From: Ignavibacteriota bacterium
GTDB lineage: Bacteria > Bacteroidota > Ignavibacteria > Palsa-1295
Assembly: GCA_963787835.1 (NCBI GenBank)
Contig: CAWBEI010000003.1
Span: 439,586 to 503,585, forward strand
Direction: 5' to 3'
DNA: 64,000 nucleotides
Under the pieces are notes generated by a model. It was not told the origin of the DNA and did no database searches. It was given only the letters and a program-made list of their open reading frames with translations. The first letter of the stretch is position 1; each line of letters opens with the position of its first letter. Positions 60,052-64,000 of the stretch are shown piece after piece. A program made the position numbers and the translations under genes.

Positions 60052-60294
60052 ATGATTCAGGAATACATCCGAGCAGCAATGCAACACGCCCACTATAAAT
60101 TACTTGATGACGACCATTCCTATTTTGGCGAGATCCCGGAGTGTCAGGGAGTGTGGGCTAATGCCGAAACGCTCGAAGCTTGCCGGCAGGAGCTTGAGGA
60201 GGTGCTTGAGGATTGGCTGCTCATTCGCTTGCGAAAAGATATGCCTGTTCCAGAAATAAATGGTATCTCACTCGAAGTTCACTCGTTCGCCTGA
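60052..60294 (+). CDS. hicB: HicB-family antitoxin (short form)
   Basis: YFGEIPECQGVWANAETLEACRQELEEVLEDW. Confidence 0.88.
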   Translation: MIQEYIRAAMQHAHYKLLDDDHSYFGEIPECQGVWANAETLEACRQELEEVLEDWLLIRLRKDMPVPEINGISLEVHSFA

Positions 60295-60512
60295 TGCCAA
60301 GAATTGGCCCGATCAGCAGAGACGATCTGATTCGTAACTTGCGTAAGCTCGGATTTCGCGGCCCGGAAGCAGGCGCAAAGCATCAAGCAATGGCACGCGG
60401 CAGTTTGCTCGTCAGAATTCCAAATCCGCACGGATCGGATATCGGAATAGGATTGCTCAAAGAAGTGCTTCGTCAAGCTGGTATCTCCAAAAACGAGTGG
60501 GAAAAAATGTAA
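60294..60512 (+). CDS. hicA: HicA-family toxin
   Basis: TGATG coupling; LIRNLRKLGF..GAKH..IPNPH..LLKEVLRQAGI. Confidence 0.88.
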   Translation: MPRIGPISRDDLIRNLRKLGFRGPEAGAKHQAMARGSLLVRIPNPHGSDIGIGLLKEVLRQAGISKNEWEKM

Positions 60513-60592
60513 TTGCCCGATAGTATTACACCGAGACACACACCTCTCTTGTCGTATTTTTGCATTTAAGAATAAGCAATACTATTTCAAAA

Positions 60593-62359
60593 ATGGGATT
60601 TCAACAACGGTCGATCATGGCGGGCGAGCTCCGGAGCGAGCATATTGGTCAGCGGGTGGTATTAAAAGGATGGGTCGATGGCCACCGTGATTTCGGTGGC
60701 ATGCTCTTTATTGATGTTCGTGACCGCTCGGGTAAATCTCAATGTGTAGTTTCGAAGGAAACGCAGGAGTCCGTGTATGGAACGCTCGGTTCTATTCGAA
60801 GTGAAGACGTCGTCTGCATAGCGGGATCCGTTCGCGAGCGGAGCAATAAGAATCCTAAAAATCCTACGGGCGATGTCGAAGTTGAGATCGATTCCATCGA
60901 GATTCTCAACCGATCCGAAGTACCGCCGTTCGAAGTTAAGGAAGACACGAACGCCAACGAAGATCTACGCCTGAAATATCGCTATCTCGATCTTCGGCGC
61001 CCGAGCTTACAAGCAAATTTAGCCACACGGCACAAGATCGTAAAAACCATACGCGATTATTTCGATGAGCGTGGATTTTACGAGATCGAAACCCCCATCC
61101 TGATGAAAGCCACGCCGGAAGGCGCCCGCGATTTCCTTGTGCCCTCGCGCTTACATCCGGGATCGTTCTATGCGCTTCCGCAATCGCCGCAGCTTTACAA
61201 GCAGGTGCTGATGATCTCTGGTTTCGATCGTTATTTCCAGATCGCGCGCTGCTTCCGCGATGAGGATCTTCGTGCCGACCGCCAGCCGGAGTTCACGCAG
61301 CTCGACGTGGAGATGAGCTTCCCGAACGAGAGTATGATCTATGAGGTGATGGAAAACTGCCTTCACCGAGTCTGGGAACAATTAGGGCTGACGCTTCCGC
61401 CGTTCCTGCAACTAAGTTACCATGAGGCGATGAGCCGGTTCGGCAGTGACAAACCGGACCTGCGGTACGGCCTTGAAATTCAGACGCTGACCGAGATGGT
61501 GCGCGGAAAATCTGAATTCAAAGTTTTTAACGACGTGCTTCAAAAGAAACATGGCGTGATCGGAGCCGTCGTCGCACCCGGAGGAGCGGTATGGTCACGA
61601 AAGCAGCTTGACACGCTTACCGATCTTGCGAAAGTCTATGGCGCAGGAGGATTGGTTTGGATAAAAGTTACAGCTGAAGGCTTCGATTCGAGCGCGAAGA
61701 AATTCCTGTCCGATAATCTCCTTGCCAACATTTGCACGGTCTGCGGCGCGCGCGAGGGCGATCTGATCCTTGTTGCCACGCATGAAAAATGGGAACGGGC
61801 CTATACTATCCTCGGAGCTTTACGGTCGGAGCTTGCAAGACGGCTCGGCCTGCTCGAAGGCAAGCAGTTCGAATTCGCTCCGGCGTGGATCACCAATTTC
61901 CCGATGTTCGCTGAAAATGAAGATGGAACGTTCACCTTCCAGCATCATCCGTTCACCGCTCCCGACCCCCACGATTGGAACCGACGGCAAGAAGGCCTCG
62001 GTGAGGTGCGGGCGCGCGTCTATGATATTGTGATGAATGGCTACGAATTAGGCTCTGGCTCCATTCGTATTCACGACCGCACGATGCAGGAGCAGGTCTT
62101 CGATATGCTCGGCCACACCCGGGAGCAGCAGCAGGAGAAATTCGGATTTATTCTGGAAGCTTTCCAATATGGCGCGCCGCCGCATGGCGGGATGGCGCTC
62201 GGAATCGACCGCATTGTCATGCTTTGCGTCGGGACCGATAACATTCGCGACGTTATCGCCTTCCCCAAGACCACCAGAATGCAGAATTTGATGGATGGGT
62301 CACCTTCGTTCATCGAAGAAAAACAGTTGCGGGAATTGCATATCGCTGTTAAAGCCTAA
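60593..62359 (+). CDS. aspS: Aspartate--tRNA ligase
   Basis: RDFGG..FIDVRD, LKYRYLDLRR, TPEGARD, LPQSPQ, FRDEDLRADRQPEFTQ, GAPPHGG; likely start ATG 60593. Confidence 0.98.
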   Translation: MGFQQRSIMAGELRSEHIGQRVVLKGWVDGHRDFGGMLFIDVRDRSGKSQCVVSKETQESVYGTLGSIRSEDVVCIAGSVRERSNKNPKNPTGDVEVEIDSIEILNRSEVPPFEVKEDTNANEDLRLKYRYLDLRRPSLQANLATRHKIVKTIRDYFDERGFYEIETPILMKATPEGARDFLVPSRLHPGSFYALPQSPQLYKQVLMISGFDRYFQIARCFRDEDLRADRQPEFTQLDVEMSFPNESMIYEVMENCLHRVWEQLGLTLPPFLQLSYHEAMSRFGSDKPDLRYGLEIQTLTEMVRGKSEFKVFNDVLQKKHGVIGAVVAPGGAVWSRKQLDTLTDLAKVYGAGGLVWIKVTAEGFDSSAKKFLSDNLLANICTVCGAREGDLILVATHEKWERAYTILGALRSELARRLGLLEGKQFEFAPAWITNFPMFAENEDGTFTFQHHPFTAPDPHDWNRRQEGLGEVRARVYDIVMNGYELGSGSIRIHDRTMQEQVFDMLGHTREQQQEKFGFILEAFQYGAPPHGGMALGIDRIVMLCVGTDNIRDVIAFPKTTRMQNLMDGSPSFIEEKQLRELHIAVKA

Positions 62360-62362
62360 AAG

Positions 62363-62480
62363 GTCATTGCGAGGAATCCCGGAGGGATGACGAAGCAATC
62401 CGTTGAGATTCTGCTTAATCTTGGGCGATTGCTTCGTCGAGTTTGACTCTCTTCGGTCGTCAAACTCTCCTCGCAATGAC
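62363..62480. repeat. Four-way-junction palindromic repeat, copy 3
   Basis: GTCATTGCGAGGA...TCCTCGCAATGAC with a GACGAAGCAATC/GATTGCTTCGTC arm; starts 3 nt after the aspS stop. Confidence 0.92.
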
Positions 62481-62524
62481 ATATAAGTGGACTTTAGCGC
62501 TTATTTCCGTTGTTACTTTTAATC

Positions 62525-62926
62525 ATGAGGTCACTTCTCGTCATTATTATCATTTTAGCCAGCGCATCCGCGTTTGCCCAGTCGGGTGCCGGGTCGCAGG
62601 ATTCCACCGGGACGGAGGCATTGCGCCCGCGGTCTTTTGGCGCTTATGTGGTGGGTTGCTTTCCATCGCCGGCCAAAAGCGGCCAGACAATCACCGTGCA
62701 GACGTATAATCGAAATCCGGTGGAGCTATCGGTAACCATCTACGATAATGCCGGCCGGGAAACGCTTGATCTCATTCCAAAACAAATGATGCCCGGCGGG
62801 TTGCAAACCATGACGATCCTACCCTATCAGTTGCCATCCGGGGCGTATCATGTTCGGCTTGTAACCTATACGGCATCGGACGCACCGGACATCGTCGATG
62901 ACGACCGTTTTATCATTCTTCATTGA
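62525..62926 (+). CDS. Small secreted protein consisting essentially of a T9SS-type CTD
   Basis: MRSLLVIIIILASASAFA|Q, then CFPSPA..VTIYDNAGR..LPSGAYHVRL..RFIILH. Confidence 0.75.
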   Translation: MRSLLVIIIILASASAFAQSGAGSQDSTGTEALRPRSFGAYVVGCFPSPAKSGQTITVQTYNRNPVELSVTIYDNAGRETLDLIPKQMMPGGLQTMTILPYQLPSGAYHVRLVTYTASDAPDIVDDDRFIILH

Positions 62927-64000
62927 TGCCCCCACATTTATTGATGCGCCGGGCTACACTACATTTTCTCCTCGCAGCACTTCTTGTCTTTCTGGCAAAC
63001 GGCGCATTGCCGGTGATGCTTCGCGCACAAGCCATCGTTCAACCTCCGATGCAGGATTCGAGGGGGAAGGATTTCTGGCTAGCCTTTCCACAAAACGCGA
63101 TCTTGGAACAAGGTCATACCATGAGCCTAAAACTCTTCCTCACCAGCGACCACGCAACGAACGGGTTTGTTTCGGTTCCCGGACTCGGCGAACGAAAAGC
63201 GTTCCATCTGAATCCATTTGAAGTTGACGTCATTGATATTGATTCGGTCGCTCAATTGCTCGTTAGTGAGCAAGTTCAAAAATTGGGAGTGCATGTCGAA
63301 GCCGATAACGATGTAGCCGTATTTGGACTTTCTCATCGCACCGCAAGTACAGACTCCTATTTGGCCTATCCGGTAAAAGTATTAGGAACGACCTATCGCG
63401 CTGTCGGGTATGCACCGTTACTCAATGGCGCTCTGAGCTTCACCTCCCAAGTTGCAATCGTCGCCACGGAAGACCATACCGTTGTGACCATGACACTAAA
63501 TGCCGATACAAAGGGAGGCCGTCGCAAAGGTGAGACATTCTCGGTATCGCTCAATCAAGGAGAAACCTATATGGTGCAGGGATCTCCAATCATCGGCCAT
63601 CCAAGCGATCTCACGGGGTCACTTGTAACCTCCACGAAACCCATAGGATTTTTTATCGGTCACACCTGCGCACAAGTGCCAACGGAAGTGGAGTTCTGTA
63701 ATCAACTACTCGAAATGGAGCCGCCCATCCCGAGCTGGGGCCGGCAATTTTATGTCGGACGCTTCGAGGATAAGACCCAGTATGCTATGAGGGTTATTGC
63801 AAGCGAGGATAATACCGAGGTATTCGTCAATAATAAACGTGTTGCGAAACTCGCGGCCGGTGAGTTTTATGAGAATAATCATCTTGTTGACAATTCCTTT
63901 GTAACGGCTTCGGCACCCATTCTGGTGGCCGAATATGCACAAGGTTCGACAGCGGACACGATCGAAGTCGGCGATCCGATGATGATGCTCATCACGCCGA
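62926..64000 (+). CDS. IgGFc-binding-domain secreted protein; runs off the right edge
   Basis: Not in the ORF track; translated manually from ATG 62926 (TGATG overlap). DSRGKDFWLAFPQN, STDSYLAYP, DLTGSLVTSTKP, GHTCAQVP, GDPMMMLITP. Confidence 0.88.
   Translation, partial: MPPHLLMRRATLHFLLAALLVFLANGALPVMLRAQAIVQPPMQDSRGKDFWLAFPQNAILEQGHTMSLKLFLTSDHATNGFVSVPGLGERKAFHLNPFEVDVIDIDSVAQLLVSEQVQKLGVHVEADNDVAVFGLSHRTASTDSYLAYPVKVLGTTYRAVGYAPLLNGALSFTSQVAIVATEDHTVVTMTLNADTKGGRRKGETFSVSLNQGETYMVQGSPIIGHPSDLTGSLVTSTKPIGFFIGHTCAQVPTEVEFCNQLLEMEPPIPSWGRQFYVGRFEDKTQYAMRVIASEDNTEVFVNNKRVAKLAAGEFYENNHLVDNSFVTASAPILVAEYAQGSTADTIEVGDPMMMLITP

Noticed and set aside
60052-60512. hicB-before-hicA order as a novelty
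   Set aside because: Short HicB upstream of HicA is a known arrangement
1-64000. CRISPR arrays, prophage, IS elements, rRNA
   Set aside because: No regularly spaced direct repeats, phage genes, transposases or rRNA-like sequence seen

Overview
A mostly housekeeping window, probably from a Bacteroidota/Chlorobi-group genome (Kapabacteria/Ignavibacteria-like is an inference from the many T9SS-type C-terminal domains, a porU-porV-like pair and IgGFc-binding-domain proteins). Left (minus strand): porU-like C25 peptidase, porV-like, a lipoprotein, an SLBB protein, a sugar-binding protein, era, DUF1015, fabI, purF and an S8 protease. Then tRNA-Ser(GGA), a giant IgGFc-domain secreted protein, a YfiT/BstA thiol transferase, a YbhGFSR-like ABC exporter, a divergent GH76/NamZ pair, an atypical Nramp and an orphan antitoxin. 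A long minus-strand run follows: split transketolase, two SurA-type PPIases, three M16 peptidases, MoxR, an S8 protease and a BatA/vWA protein. Then rpsU, a Zn-ribbon+Tudor-like hypothetical, rpoBC (not preceded by rplL), a Rieske protein, hicBA, aspS and further secreted proteins. Best leads: (1) a ~120-bp four-way-junction palindromic repeat family with covarying arms, one copy apparently supplying the signal peptide of the PorV-like gene; (2) a Zn-ribbon protein with a PcrA/UvrD-CTD-like Tudor domain between rpoC and rpsU, a candidate RNA polymerase-binding factor; (3) a densely structured rpoB leader containing a perfect three-way junction. Three single-base frameshifts in short homopolymers are most likely assembly errors. 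All calls were made by eye from motifs; no searches were run.
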